Notes: generated by a model not told the origin, from the sequence alone. A stretch of DNA of 64,000 nucleotides from Octopus bimaculoides (GCF_001194135.2 NC_068982.1:122726007-122790006), one strand, 5' to 3'; counted from the stretch's first letter, positions 51,341-62,900 are shown. Numbers and translations are program-made.

Positions 51341-51634
51341 GTAAATTTTTATGCATATTTCATCATATTCCTTTTTATGTTATTTTTTTTATTCTGTGTT
51401 AAAATTTCATAAGCTAAAATTCTGTTTTTGGTTTTTGGATATCTTGCTATATTTTTATTATGATTGAGATATTTGTCTCCAGATAAATGATGTTGATCTG
51501 TTCTTTGTAATCAAACTGAATTTGATCAAGTAATTCCTGAAATTATTGTAAACCTTTCATGTGTGCACATGCATATTGGCCATCTGAATACAAAAATTTC
51601 TAATTTCTAATTATAATTTTTTTTCTTGTTTTAG

Positions 51635-51742
51635 GTTCAAAACCATGTTTCATTCTTGCATGAAGAATTTATGAAGCTTCCAACTTTTCCACGTAAAGCG
51701 TTGGAAGCAGAATTCAATTTGTACTGTGGAAACTGGGGAAAG
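51635..51742 (+). CDS. unc80: unc80 exon (VQNHVSFLHEEFMKLPTFPRKALEAEFNLYCGNWGK)
   Basis: GTTTTAG| ... AAG|GTATGA, 108 nt. Matches HVS.L.E...LP.FPR.A..AEF. Confidence 0.96.
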
Positions 51743-52470
51743 GTATGATCAATTTGAGAATTATGTTGTTTTTTTAATCCATACACGATATTAGACTGGG
51801 ATTTTTTTTCTACATCCCTTAAACTAAGGAGCCCTCAATAATCTGAGAGGAAAAGTGAAAGAAAGAGTGATGATATAAGTTGAGCAAAAATTGAGGGGTT
51901 ATAAATGGTTAAAGTATGACATGAGGAGCAGATTTATTGTCATCAGAGAGTGTTAGAAGAGGGATAACAGAAGGAACAGTGTCAGTGGATGAGTAATGAG
52001 AGGTAAAAATGTAGAACCAGAAGTTAGTGAGAGAGAGAGAGAGACAGAGAATAAGGTGGGTGGAGGAATGAGTGAATGTAGAAAAGTGGTAGAGAAAGTG
52101 AGAGAGAGATGCAAAGGGGTGCCAAGAAGGTGGTGGATCTATAGGCAGGGGTCAGTAAAAGGAAGAAAGTGATGAGAGGGTGTCAAGTGGTGAAGAAGAC
52201 ATGGTAGGGGAATTTTTGTGAAATAGAGGCAGAAAAGAGTTGTCATAGAGGTGAGTGGGGGACAGTGGATGAATGCAGTGAGAGCATCCCAGCCATCACC
52301 TTAGTTTTCATATTCTCTACACCATGCTTACACACTAATGTCTTCTCCAGCACTGCATGGTGTGGTTCTTTTTTGCAGGGTTCAGCATTTTGAAATTAGT
52401 CTTCACTGCATTTTTGTTTATTAATCATTAATTCAATGCATTTCTTAATTTTCGTTTCCTTTATAATTAG

Positions 52471-52515
52471 GAACTATATGGAATGGATACACTACACAAG
52501 TATTCATGGGTAAAA
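52471..52515 (+). CDS. unc80: unc80 exon (ELYGMDTLHKYSWVK)
   Basis: AATTAG| ... AAA|GTGAGT, 45 nt. Matches ELFGLDTLQK..W. Confidence 0.93.
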
Positions 52516-52896
52516 GTGAGTATATTTTATTTAAAAACTCATTCTAAAATATTGTAAAGTTAGTAGTGTTTCCTTCAAGGATTTCATTCAATAATCTATA
52601 GATTCATTCTCTGCTACAACTCTCTTCCAGAGTTACACATTTACCTCTAACATACTTCCAAGTGCAATTCTCTGCCTGCACACTTTCTTTCTCAAATAAA
52701 AACAAACTAAAACATTAAAAAAATACACACTTATTCTGATTTTAATGTATTGTCTAATTCATCTCTAATTCTTCATTTTTTTCCACTGTAACAAAGATTA
52801 TACTTCCAACCGGATGTTGGTCTTTTCTTGCTAGTGCCAGCTATCAACTGTAGTCTACTTCTTAGAATCTAAACTATTTTTGGACCTTAACTCACT

Positions 52897-52935
<39 letters not shown>

Positions 52936-53356
52936 GCTACTCTCTCTCTCTCTTTCTCTCTCTCTCCCTCCTATATATATAAATATATATATTTGTCTCT
53001 CTCCCTCTCTTAAGAATAAAAATGAAATAACTAATCCATCAAATCTATTTTATATGATAAAAATTATAATGCTATAATGAACTCTGTAATGGATATGAAT
53101 ATATAGGCCAACAGCTGATAATCTTCTCTCTCATCTGTTTATATAATAAACTCATGTTTAAGAAATTTACTTCACAATTACATAGTTCTAGGTTTCTTTC
53201 CACTGCATGAAGCTGCATGAAGAGTGTCTTCTACCAAAGCCTGATCAATAGCTATCTAGCTAAGAAGTTCATGCAGTTATAGTTTCTCTTTTTCAGGGGC
53301 TTAATCAGAAGACAAAATACAGTGAACCATGCTCTTTCTGTAAGGCATTTGAGACA

Positions 53357-53394
<38 letters not shown>

Positions 53395-53539
53395 AGAAGC
53401 ATGACTCATGGGTTATTTCTAGACTGGAGATCTGGTCCAAATGCTTGAAGCATGGTGAACTCTGCTAAAAGTACCCAAAAGCCAATGATTATGTCTGCAG
53501 TTCCAAGAACAAGTTCAGTCTAGTTTCTGTTTACCCAAT

Positions 53540-53660
53540 TTTACTTACAAGGGTTGAGTTGACCCAAAGCTATGATAGAAGATACTTCTCTAAGGTGCTA
53601 TGAAGCGGGAAGAAACCCCGACCCGTGTGATTGTAAAGTGGACTTCTTAACTACACAGCT
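53540..53660 (-). mobile_element. Degenerate family A SINE head
   Basis: GACCCAAAGCTATGATAGAAGATACTT...AAGGTGC...CTTAACTACACAGC is the reverse complement of the head and core. Confidence 0.55.
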
Positions 53661-54714
53661 TTTGATCAGGTAGATGAGAAATAGGACCATCAACTGTTGG
53701 ATCATATGTTCATACATACCACAGGAATTCCTATTTATTTACTTCAGCAAAAATAGCATTCATTTCTTTTTTTAAATTACATGTGATGGACTGACTTTCT
53801 ATTGTAATATAATCCTACAATATGCAAATGTATATGATCTCTATACTATTTGCTTTCCTTCTGCCTTGTTGAAAACACCCATTGAAAGTTTATTCAACAT
53901 GTGTTGTTAATTTTATTTCTTAATTTAAAATGTTTATTTTTCCTTCCTCTAATAAGCATGTGACTTACAAAGAAATCATCATCATATTTATTTATCTATA
54001 TTATTGTTCATTCTATGCATTGTATTCTTAGCTCACATATAAACAAGAAAGTACATAGCCTATATTATCATTATGTTTCATAGATTTCTGCAAGCTGCTG
54101 GGCTGGTTCTTGCCTACAGTCATTGTAGTATCAAGTAGATGAGAGACAAGTTACCTCTGGTGTTGTTTGCCAGTCTATCAAAAATAACTTTTCTCATGAA
54201 CAGAAACGAATCTAGCACTGCAAACTAACAAACCACTAATTTACTGTCTAACCTGTATGCCTACTTAAAGCTATGTTGACTGAACCATTGAGAGCTATGT
54301 ATCTCATCTAGGAAGTGCTGATAACAGATTATTATCCACACCCTGCTGCTTTGCTGCTCCTTTCCTGGTTCTGTATTAAAACTGAAACACTTTTTCTTGT
54401 ACATGCCATTCTATTTCATACATACAATAGACTACCTTATGCGGCTGCCATCTTTTAGATGGTAAGGAGTAACAGTTAAACAGCTCCTTACTATCTCTAT
54501 AACTGAAGGTTACTCACTAATGATCACTCTAACAACAATATCAGCAACAGTAACTCCTAATCACACTAAATCTCTGACACATTTTCTTACTGTCATTTCT
54601 TACTTCAATAATTTATACAAATCATTTATCTCCTGCTCCATTTATATTTTTCACTTTAATTCTGCTGCTTTTTAAAATATTCTCTGATTTTATATTGTTT
54701 TTTTTTTATTCCAG

Positions 54715-54899
54715 TTGATCAATACCATGTTCTCATCAATGAGCAAGACATTCAACTGGTCCAACGACCTACCTCTCTTCTTAAATGTTCTCAATGGAAC
54801 TATAGTGCTACATTGTGAAGACACAGCTGTCCTTAGAAACTGTTTGGCTATTCTTATAAACACATCAAAACATTTTAAGCATATTTTTTCTACAAGTGG
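54715..54899 (+). CDS. unc80: unc80 exon (LINTMFSSMSKTFNWSNDLPLFLNVLNGTIVLHCEDTAVLRNCLAILINTSKHFKHIFSTS-G)
   Basis: TTCCAG| ... GG|GTATGT, 185 nt, phase 0/2. Matches MF..M...F.W...LFLNV.NG...LH.ED..INT..HF.H.FS. Confidence 0.96.
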
Positions 54900-55224
54900 G
54901 TATGTGATCTCATTTCTGTCTTCACTTCTTCCACCTTTATTTATTTATTTTTTTTTTTTTTCGTTTGAACCAGTCTATTGTTCAGATGTGAATCTGGTCT
55001 TTAGGTTACTGGATCCATCTGACATACTCAAACCTTCAATCAACTACTTACGTGCTATAGATCATCGTTAGCAAGGCTGGAGAGGACTAAATAAAAACAA
55101 CTATTTCAGTATTTTTTTATCTCCTCTCTATTGATAAGTCATTGAAAGCCTGAGAAACAGAGTTACGTCCCTATAAATATTTTTCAGAAAGAGGAAGTTT
55201 AAAAACAATGTCAAGTGTTCAGGA

Positions 55225-55430
55225 TCTCTCTTTTACTCTTTTACTTGTTTCAGTCATTTGACTGTGGCTATGCTGGAGCACCGCCTTTAGTCGAGCAAAT
55301 CAACCCCAGGACTTATTCTTTGTAAACCTAGTACTTACTCTATCGATCACTTTTGCCGAACTGCTAAGTTACGGGGACGTAAACACACCAGCATCAGTTG
55401 TCAAGCGATGTTGGGGGAACGAAATCTCAC
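55225..55430 (-). mobile_element. Family A SINE 3-prime part, young
   Basis: CTCTTTTACTCTTTTACTTGTTTCAGTCATTTGACTG.GGC.ATGCTGGAGCACCGCC...ACGGGGACGTAAACACACC...TTGTCAAGCG; retains CpGs. Confidence 0.85.
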
Positions 55431-55557
55431 ATCCATACGCACATACATATGTGTTTAATGCATGTTAAAGTGTTTGAACACAATGATGAATAGACAAGAA
55501 ATTAAGAAACTTTAGAATCCTTATAAAGATAATTAGAAAATTTAAAAGAGGAAAAAC

Positions 55558-56110
55558 ATCATCATCATCATCGTTTAACGTCTGCTTTCCATGCTGGCAT
55601 GGGTTGGACGGTTTGACTGAGGACTGGTGAGTCAGAGGCTGCACCAGGCTCAATCTGATCTGGCAAAGTTTCTACTGCTGGATGCCCTTCCTAACAGCAA
55701 CCACTCAAAGAGTGTAGTGAGTGCTTTTACGTGACACCAGCATGAGGGCCAGTCAGGCAGTTCAAGCAACGACCACGCTCAAAAGGTGTTTTTTATGTGC
55801 CACCTGCACGGGAGCCAATCCATGGCCCTGGCAACGATCACGGTCAGATGTGCTTTTAACATTCCACTGGCACGAGTGCCAATCAGGCAGTACTGTCATC
55901 AGCCACGTCAGCAATTTTGATTTGTTTAGACTTGCCTCGATAGGTCTTCACAAGCAAAGTTCATTTTCCAATGAATGAGGGGTACTCATAAGTGGGCCAG
56001 TTACACCCCATGTTTGGATGTGCTTTTAATGTTCCACTGGCACGAGTGCCAATCATGTGGTACTGTCATCAGCCATGTCAGCGATTTTAGGTCTTCACAA
56101 GCAAAGTTTA
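55558..56110 (-). mobile_element. RTE-type 3-prime UTR with (GAT)n tail and an internal duplication
   Basis: (CAT)nCGTTTAACGTCTGCTTTCCATGCTGGCATGGGTTGGACG...GGATGCCCTTCCTAAC. The segment GATGTGCTTTTAA..TTCCACTGGCACGAGTGCCAATC...GTACTGTCATCAGCCA occurs at both about 55846 and about 56017. Confidence 0.8.
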
Positions 56111-56317
56111 TTGTCCAAAAATAAACAACCAAATTTCCACTACCACCTACAAGAATTGGTTAGCATCAGACTTCCAACTATGCAGTGGAACTGTATCAGT
56201 AACTAAATCTTGAATATATAACATGTTTTGACACTTTATGGTTTATAATGTAATCACTAAATAAAATGAAACAAAATTACTAGGTGTGTTGAATATGACT
56301 ATCATATCATGACTCGA

Positions 56318-56580
56318 GTGAGGGGGTATGGCGTAGTGGTTCGGGTATTATACTCACAGTTACATGATTTAGTTTCAGTTCCCGGACCGAGTGATGCATT
56401 GTGTTCTTGAACAAAACCTTTCATGCTGCTCTGTAACCACTTCAACACCATGCACCAGTACAGGTAATATCAATTTGATAGACTGAGTGACCTAATGTAT
56501 AGCACAAACATTTAATCACTAAAGCAAATCATCTGTGTAGGTTGTTCAGTAAGAAATTACAGAATCCTCAATTGTCATCT
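56318..56580 (+). mobile_element. tRNA-derived SINE, family D
   Basis: GTATGGCGTAGTGGTT (A box), GTTTCAGTTCCCGG (B box-like), TGTGTTCTTGAACAAAAC core. Confidence 0.65.
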
Positions 56581-56763
56581 ACAACAGGAAAGTTCATTAT
56601 CACAACTCTACAATTAAGTAATCATTTCAATCTCTGCATACAATCATCTCCTTAGAAAATATCCCTGGCCAAATGAGTACAATTTTGAAATGAAACTTAG
56701 TATATTATTACAAGTTTACTACTGCAAGTTTTAAAATATTATGTGTATATATATATATTCCAG

Positions 56764-56893
56764 CTTCTTGCATATAATGCCAACTATTCTTCGAGTGTAC
56801 AGCAACAACCAACCAAACACCGTCCTGTGTAAAGCTATTGAGTTCACTTGCCGCCAATTTTACATCCTTCACAGAAAACCTTTTATACTTCAG
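56764..56893 (+). CDS. unc80: unc80 exon (FLHIMPTILRVYSNNQPNTVLCKAIEFTCRQFYILHRKPFILQ)
   Basis: TTCCAG| ... CAG|GTATAG, 130 nt, phase 2/0. Contains the near-invariant AIEF.C.QFYILHRKPF.LQ. Confidence 0.96.
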
Positions 56894-57124
56894 GTATAGT
56901 AAAACAAACTATTAAGTTTCATATTTAAGTGAATTACTTGCTTTAAGAACAAATGATGTCTTGTTTTATGTACATGCATGCATGCATGCATACATACATA
57001 CATACATACATACATATGTACGTACATGTGTGCGTGCGCATGCGTGAGTGTGTGTGTGTGTGAGTTAACAGAACTTGAAAGAAGTCCATTGTATATATAT
57101 ATGTATGCATGTATATGTGTATAA

Positions 57125-57365
57125 GTTTCTGTCTCCTTGCCTTGACATTGTATGATAATTGTAAGCAAGTGTCATGTCCTTTGTCATGTCCTTTGTTTCA
57201 CTCTTCCACAGAACACATAGTCATGGGAAAAATTACCTGACTTAGAAACAGGTGAAGGTTGGCAACAGTAAGGGCATCTAGCCATAGAACATCTGCTTCA
57301 ACAAATTCCACCTGACCCATGTGAGCATGGAAAAATGGATATTAAAACGACAATGATGATGATGA
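57125..57365 (+). mobile_element. SINE tail fragment ending in (GAT)n
   Basis: CCTTGCCTTGACAT...GAAACAGGTGAAGGTTGGCAACAGTAAGGGCATCTAGCC...CATGGAAAAATGGATATTAAAACGACAATGATGATGAT. Confidence 0.65.
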
Positions 57366-57726
57366 TATATACATATATATATATATATATACATATATAT
57401 AGTCATCATTGTAGATTCACTACTCTTATACTATGTACATTAATTCAAGCTAACTTGATCAAAAGAGTGAATAGATGACATGGACATTCCAAACACACTT
57501 CTCCCCCAATGATGATTTTCATGATTTTCTCTGGTACATTATCCTGCAGTTTGAAATATCTCACATCCCTCATTTTCACCATTGTAGAACACATGCAAGC
57601 CTCTTTTTACCTTTCTTTCTGTTATATACAGCTGATAACTAGCTTCTCTTCTAGACACTTGATATTGTTCTCTGTAGCTCTCACCCTCCCACTTCTAGTC
57701 TTTCCAGGTCTGTTTCTTCCATTTGA

Positions 57727-57797
57727 CTGTTACCTTGCATCACCTACAACTGTTACCTTGCATCACCTACAACTGTTACCTTGCATCACCTACAACT
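57727..57797. repeat. 23-bp minisatellite, 3 exact copies (CTGTTACCTTGCATCACCTACAA)
   Basis: Units at 57727, 57750 and 57773. Confidence 0.95.
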
Positions 57798-57978
57798 CTA
57801 CAGCCATCAGAAAGATACCTCATAGAAATTCCTGCTTGCCCTCTATGTTATAAGTCTCTAGTTCCTCCCTCATGTCAGGTGTCAACTAGTATTTCTCTAA
57901 ACCTACAACTTTCAGTTTCTGTATCACCCCTCTTTAAATTTTACTATGTCTTTGAATGCATATGTAATTTTATAATTT

Positions 57979-59393
57979 ACTAGCAGTATAGCCCGGCACT
58001 GCTCGGGATTAAGCTAGGATTATTAAGTGATCAAGTGCTTTATTTCAAACCAAAATAAGTAACATCGACATCAGATTTGAGCGAAATCCGTTGAAATTGG
58101 TTTGGCTGAAAATGGTTTGCTGGCAATTTGATTTGGAAATCCCATAAGGAATCAGTTTATTGGTTATTTCCACTCATTGATTGTTTTTTTTTAAAGTTGC
58201 ATTAGAGATATGCATAGGAGAAGGTTGATCTGAAGGTTTGCATTGTGGATGTGGATTGGAGTAACTTAGGAAAACTTACCAACTGCCTTAACCCAAAAAT
58301 AAGGGGCCTGTCCCTTCTAGGTTAACTCTAACCCTAACCCTGACCCTAAAACCATAACCCTAACACCAACCCTAATCCTAATCCTAACACTAACCTTAAC
58401 CCTAATCCTAATCCTAACCGTAAAACCCTAACCCTAACCCTAAAACCCTAACCCTAAAACCTTAACCCTAAAACCCTAACCCTAAAACTCTAACCGTAAC
58501 ACCCTAGTGGAAATTGTGCAGGTGTTAATCTGAAAAATTACCAAACCCTTTTTGTGGTCCGAAAAACGGGTTGGGTGGGGTGACTGACAAATTGTTACAT
58601 ACGTTTTTGTTTCATAGTTGTGAAATATAAACAAAACTCTTTCGCTCCCAAAGTAGTATATGTGCGTGTGTGTGAGAGTGAGAGGGGGGAAAAAGATGAA
58701 CGATTTGAAATAAATAAATGATTTAAAATAAATATATTTTAATTGTTGTGTGAGAAAGTATATATAATCTCATTATNNNNNNNNNNNNNNNNNNNNNNNN
58801 NNNNNNNNNNNNNNNNNNNNNNNNNNNNNNNNNNNNNNNNNNNNNNNNNNNNNNNNNNNNNNNNNNNNNNNNNNNNNNNNNNNNNNNNNNNNNNNNNNNN
58901 NNNNNNNNNNNNNNNNNNNNNNNNNNNNNNNNNNNNNNNNNNNNNNNNNNNNNNNNNNNNNNNNNNNNNNNNNNNNNNNNNNNNNNNNNNNNNNNNNNNN
59001 NNNNNNNNNNNNNNNNNNNNNNNNNNNNNNNNNNNNNNNNNNNNNNNNNNNNNNNNNNNNNNNNNNNNNNNNNNNNNNNNNNNNNNNNNNNNNNNNNNNN
59101 NNNNNNNNNNNNNNNNNNNNNNNNNNNNNNNNNCTCTCTCTCTCTCTCTCTCTCCTTCACGTGCGTACGCACAGATTTGACTTCGCCATGTCAACAAACT
59201 TCAAAATTGGTAGAAGTTTATCGATTTTTACAGCTATACGTGGGTGCCTCTGAGAGAAAAAGTTGACGAAACTGCAGATAGGGTCATTCCGAATCTCCTC
59301 CTAAAATTGGAGCGACATGCGTGCTAATTTGTGGACGTGCATAAAGTACAATCATGTACACACACACACATCCTGCCTTATATATATACGGAT
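57979..59393 (+). mobile_element. Non-autonomous Helitron/Helentron (DINE-1/HINE-like) element, interrupted by an N-gap
   Basis: 5-prime ACTAGCAGTATAGCCCGGCACTGCTCGGG with a short GC hairpin; 3-prime (CA)n-TCCTGCCTTATATATATACGGAT; CpG-richer than flanks; no TIR or TSD. The architecture recalls HINE-type elements. Confidence 0.55.
58322..58505. repeat. Interstitial telomere-like array (CCCTAA)n with CCCTAAAA and CCTAAT variants
   Basis: Directly visible, about 180 bp; TTAGGG-type on the minus strand. Confidence 0.9.
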
Positions 59394-59489
59394 AAACTTA
59401 TCTAAAATGCAAAAACAGAAAGTAATCATGTAATGTGAAATATTTTACCCACTTCAAATATTTAATAAGCTGTTGATATATATTTTCAG

Positions 59490-59558
59490 ATGTTTGGCAG
59501 TACTGCACCAATTCTAGATATGGACAGCTGTGTAACAAGAGTGTTTGACTGTAATAAG
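59490..59558 (+). CDS. unc80: unc80 exon (MFGSTAPILDMDSCVTRVFDCNK)
   Basis: TTTTCAG| ... AAG|GTAAAA, 69 nt. Matches .F.S.AP.L. Confidence 0.9.
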
Positions 59559-59753
59559 GTAAAAAATTCTTTTTTTATATTCTGTATGCTATTTCTTCAA
59601 AAAAAAACATCTCATCAACTATACAAAATGTCTAGGTTAACATGAAAAAAAGTTTTTTTACTCACTAATTTTGTTACTTGAAACAATAAACTACCAAATG
59701 ACAGTGAAATAAGTTGAAATAATCTCTCTCTCTTTTTATTTTTTAAATTCCAG

Positions 59754-59861
59754 ATACAACCTGAGTGCTTATTCAGAATTATCCTTGATATTGGTCATTC
59801 TGTTAATGATAATTTGGACATCCTTGATTTAGTGACTGGAGAGAAACCACTAAAGGCACTA
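59754..59861 (+). CDS. unc80: unc80 exon (IQPECLFRIILDIGHSVNDNLDILDLVTGEKPLKAL)
   Basis: TTCCAG| ... CTA|GTAAGT, 108 nt. Matches CLF...D.LDIL.LV..EKPLK.L. Confidence 0.95.
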
Positions 59862-60439
59862 GTAAGTTTTGACAAATTATAATCGAATTTCAATTTTCAT
59901 TTCGTTTTTTTTTTTTTTTTAGATTTTGAATAACATACATTACTAGAGCAAGTTCTAGAAAAACTAAATCTGTAATCTATTTTTACCTTACAGTAAGAGA
60001 AAGTTCTCTTACATTAACAACACTAATGGTGACATAACTGAGTTATGCAACTATAATGTTACATAACGATAATGTCACCCAATTTCAATATGAAATTCCA
60101 TACTTACTTAAGAAATCTCTTTTAAATATGATTATTGTGATATTCTTCACAAAATTTGGAAACTTAGCTGTAACTTTGTTTTGTAGTAAGAATTTTTTTT
60201 TAATTAGAACTGCAATTAGTCGATATTTCAATTACATTTGAGCTAGTGTAAGTCATAACACCTGTAAGGTTAATGCCGTTCTTTATTGACTATCTGATAA
60301 AAAGTTCAAATCTCACTACTGAACCTTTTATTTTGGGCACCTGGGCAATATGCAGAAATATGTATACATCTATTCCTCAATACTACTCCTTCCCTTAGTT
60401 GAGGGCACTTATCTTGTAAATTATTTGGTATCCACACTG

Positions 60440-60618
60440 CTGCTGGTGCCTTTTAAAAAGCACCCAGTCAAGTGGTTGGCACTAAGAAGAGTATCCAGCT
60501 GTAAAACTCATGCCAAAGCAGACGATAGAGATTAGTACAGTCTTCTGATTTGCCAGCTCCTGTTGAACCAGCCAACCCATGCCAGCATGGAAAACAGATG
60601 GTAAAGGATGATGATGAT
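60440..60618 (+). mobile_element. RTE-type 3-prime tail, sense copy
   Basis: GTGGTTGGCACTAAGAAGAGTATCCAGCTGTAAAAC...CCAACCCATGCCAGCATGGAAAACAGATGGTAAAG(GAT)n. Confidence 0.7.
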
Positions 60619-60683
60619 GTGTGCTTTAGTCTACCTGAATAATTTCAGGTTCTTACCCTATTTCATAATTATATTGGTTATTA

Positions 60684-61105
60684 TCATCATCATCATCATC
60701 ATCGTTTAACGTCCGCTTTCCATGCTAGCATGGGTTGGACGATTTGACTGAGGACTGGTGAAACCAGATGGCTACACCAGGCTCCAATCTGATTTGGCAG
60801 AGTTTCTACAGCTGGATGCCCTTCCCAAAGCCAACCACTCCGAGAGTGTAGTGGGTGCTTTTACGTGCCACCAGCACGAAGGCCAGTCAGGCGGTACTGG
60901 CAACGGCCATGCTCAAAATGGTGTATTTTATGTGCCACTTGCACAGGAGCCAGTCCAGCAGCACTGGCAACGATCTCACTCGAATGTCTTTACATGTGCC
61001 ACTGGCACAAGTGCCAGGAAGGCGACGCTAGGCACAGGTGCCATCACGATTTCGCTTTCACTTGCCCCAACAGGTCTTCGCAAGCCGAGTTTAATGTCCA
61101 ATTAA
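60684..61105 (-). mobile_element. RTE-type 3-prime UTR, antisense, young copy
   Basis: (CAT)nCGTTTAACGTCCGCTTTCCATGCTAGCATGGGTTGGACG...; same family as 55558; many CpGs retained. Confidence 0.85.
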
Positions 61106-61144
61106 GGAGACGACGTTGGTTATAAAAGTGGTAAAAAAAATTTG

Positions 61145-61340
61145 TCCTTTCTAATTTTGGCACAAAGCCAGCAGTTTTGTGGGAAAGGGGAAGCTGACTG
61201 CATCAACCCCAGTACTCAAGTGGTACTTATTTTATCAACCCTGAAAAGATGAAAGGCAAAGTCAACCTTTGCAGCATTTGAACTCAGAATATAAAGAGCC
61301 AGAAGAAATGCCACTGAGCATTTTGTCCTGTATGCTAAGG
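61145..61340 (-). mobile_element. Family C SINE, antisense
   Basis: GGCACAAAGCC...CCCCAGTACTCAAGTGGTACTTATTTTATCAACCCTGAAAAGATGAAAGGCAAAGTCAACC...TTTGAACTCAGAA. Confidence 0.8.
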
Positions 61341-61610
61341 AAAAAAAAATTATTTCTTTAAATGTCCAGATTTACAAAAAACTATCTTAGTCATATAAGC
61401 CAATACAAAAAAGAAAGTGAGAGTATATTTAACAAACTAAAAGAAGACCATCCCCAAATATATAACAATATTTAACTAATATAAACTATTAAACCAAAAC
61501 TAAAATGGAAAAATTAATGAAATACAATGATGACATTGTGATTTTGATGATGTTTGTTTTTTGCTTAAATGTTTCTTTAAATTTATCCTCAAATATTATT
61601 TGTTCTGTAG

Positions 61611-61721
61611 GACTTTTGCTATGAAAATGATTCTGGAAACTTTGATATGGTTGATATTGTAAATATGTGTGTGACTGTCATTGCATATTCTCCTGATTCC
61701 TTCCGGAGCTACCAAATGTTG
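61611..61721 (+). CDS. unc80: unc80 exon (DFCYENDSGNFDMVDIVNMCVTVIAYSPDSFRSYQML)
   Basis: TTCTGTAG| ... TTG|GTAAGT, 111 nt. Matches DFCY...CVTV.AY.P.SFRS.QML. Confidence 0.96.
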
Positions 61722-62048
61722 GTAAGTTGAAATCTATAATTTACATAAGAAAAACAATTCCTAGAACTTAGTCTTAACTCTGATCATTAATTAAGTATCT
61801 AATACTAGTATTTCCAAGACAGGGTTCCTCAGAACTATAGGATTCTACAAGAGGTTACCAGAAATTTCATGAGGAATAATGATATATAAGTTAATAATAT
61901 GCAAATGTATTTTTAGTCATTTTTATGTTTAATTCTATTTTTTTTCTTATTTCATTTTATTTTATTATTCACACCCAGTATATTCAAAATATTGGCATCT
62001 CTGGGTTGTAAGGAGTCCTTAATTGGGAATTGTAAGAAAATTTATTTA

Positions 62049-62280
62049 ACCCTTTTGATATCAACCCACCTGAAATCATCCCTGCTTCTATAAAGTTAAT
62101 TCCTTATTTTCAAGTGATCTAAATTAAAATTTTACATCAAAATTTCATCTTAATTTATGTCCCACATGCCAATTTAACAATGACAAAGAGATAGTTTACT
62201 AAATTCTTCATTATTTTCAAAATTAGCTGAAACAAAGCCAGCGTATTTCATCAGAAATATGGAACGAAAAATGTCGAAAT
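62049..62280. mobile_element. Degenerate piggyBac-like MITE, family 1
   Basis: TTAACCCTTTTGATATCAACCCACCTGAAA... with a body similar to 50833-51051; right end eroded. Confidence 0.6.
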
Positions 62281-62779
62281 TTCTTAAACCTTGTTTGTGA
62301 CATTTAATGGACTTAGCCCTGCAAAACTTTCAACAATAGTTTCATGACTTGTTTAATCATCGTCATCAGTGGTAGTAGCAGCATTCTAAGGATTACTTTT
62401 CCATGCCTGCACAGACCAGATGAAACTTCATTGAAGCTGAATTTTCTACAGTGAGGTGTACTTTAGATGTCAGCCTTCCTTTGTTTCTAAGCAAGGGAAT
62501 AATTTCTTCAATCTATCAAACAACAAACAGCCTAGACAAGCTTTTATGATGGATTGCAAATAAATGTTATTATTTATACAAATAGTAATAGATTGGTTTA
62601 TAGTAAATGCATGCTTCAAATCCTGTCAAGAATCTCAGACATACTTCTATGGTGGACTACAAACAAACAACACCGTTTATATGAACAGTGAGGCTTTGCC
62701 TCTAGTCAGCATGCACATACCAAGACAAGGAGCTTATTCACTCAATCATGCATGCACACACATGCATAAACACACGCAA

Positions 62780-62900
62780 ACACAACAGGCTTCTTCCAAT
62801 TCCACCTACCAAATTTCTCTCACAAAGTATTGTGAAAGAGGAAACCAGCCAACAACATCCCTAAACACATGGGTCCGTAGCAATCTTATTAAACACACAG
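62780..62900 (-). mobile_element. Degenerate family A SINE
   Basis: CAGGCTTCTTCCAATTCCACCTACCAAATTT..CTCACAAAG is the reverse complement of the core. Confidence 0.5.

Larger units (their letters stand above)
6610..59133. other. Ten assembly gaps (N runs), mostly abutting microsatellites
   Basis: 6610-6912, 13227-13521, 15332-15341, 18878-19204, 28064-28073, 34036-34045, 39563-39616, 42599-42608, 45722-45906, 58777-59133. Confidence 0.98.

Noticed and set aside
51800-52330. Purine-rich (GA) stretch
   Set aside because: Low-complexity, probably a decayed retroelement UTR; no ORF or diagnostic motif.
18556-57797. 17-bp and 23-bp tandem repeats as possible CRISPR-like arrays
   Set aside because: Head-to-tail units with no unique spacers, in a eukaryotic intron; ordinary minisatellites.
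6392-59197. Long ORFs in the supplied track containing X runs or YIYI/CVCV/THTH/LSLS/IIII repeats
   Set aside because: They are translations of N-gaps and microsatellites, not genes.
10497-61340. A-box/B-box motifs suggesting tRNA genes
   Set aside because: All are heads of multi-copy SINEs with no complete cloverleaf.
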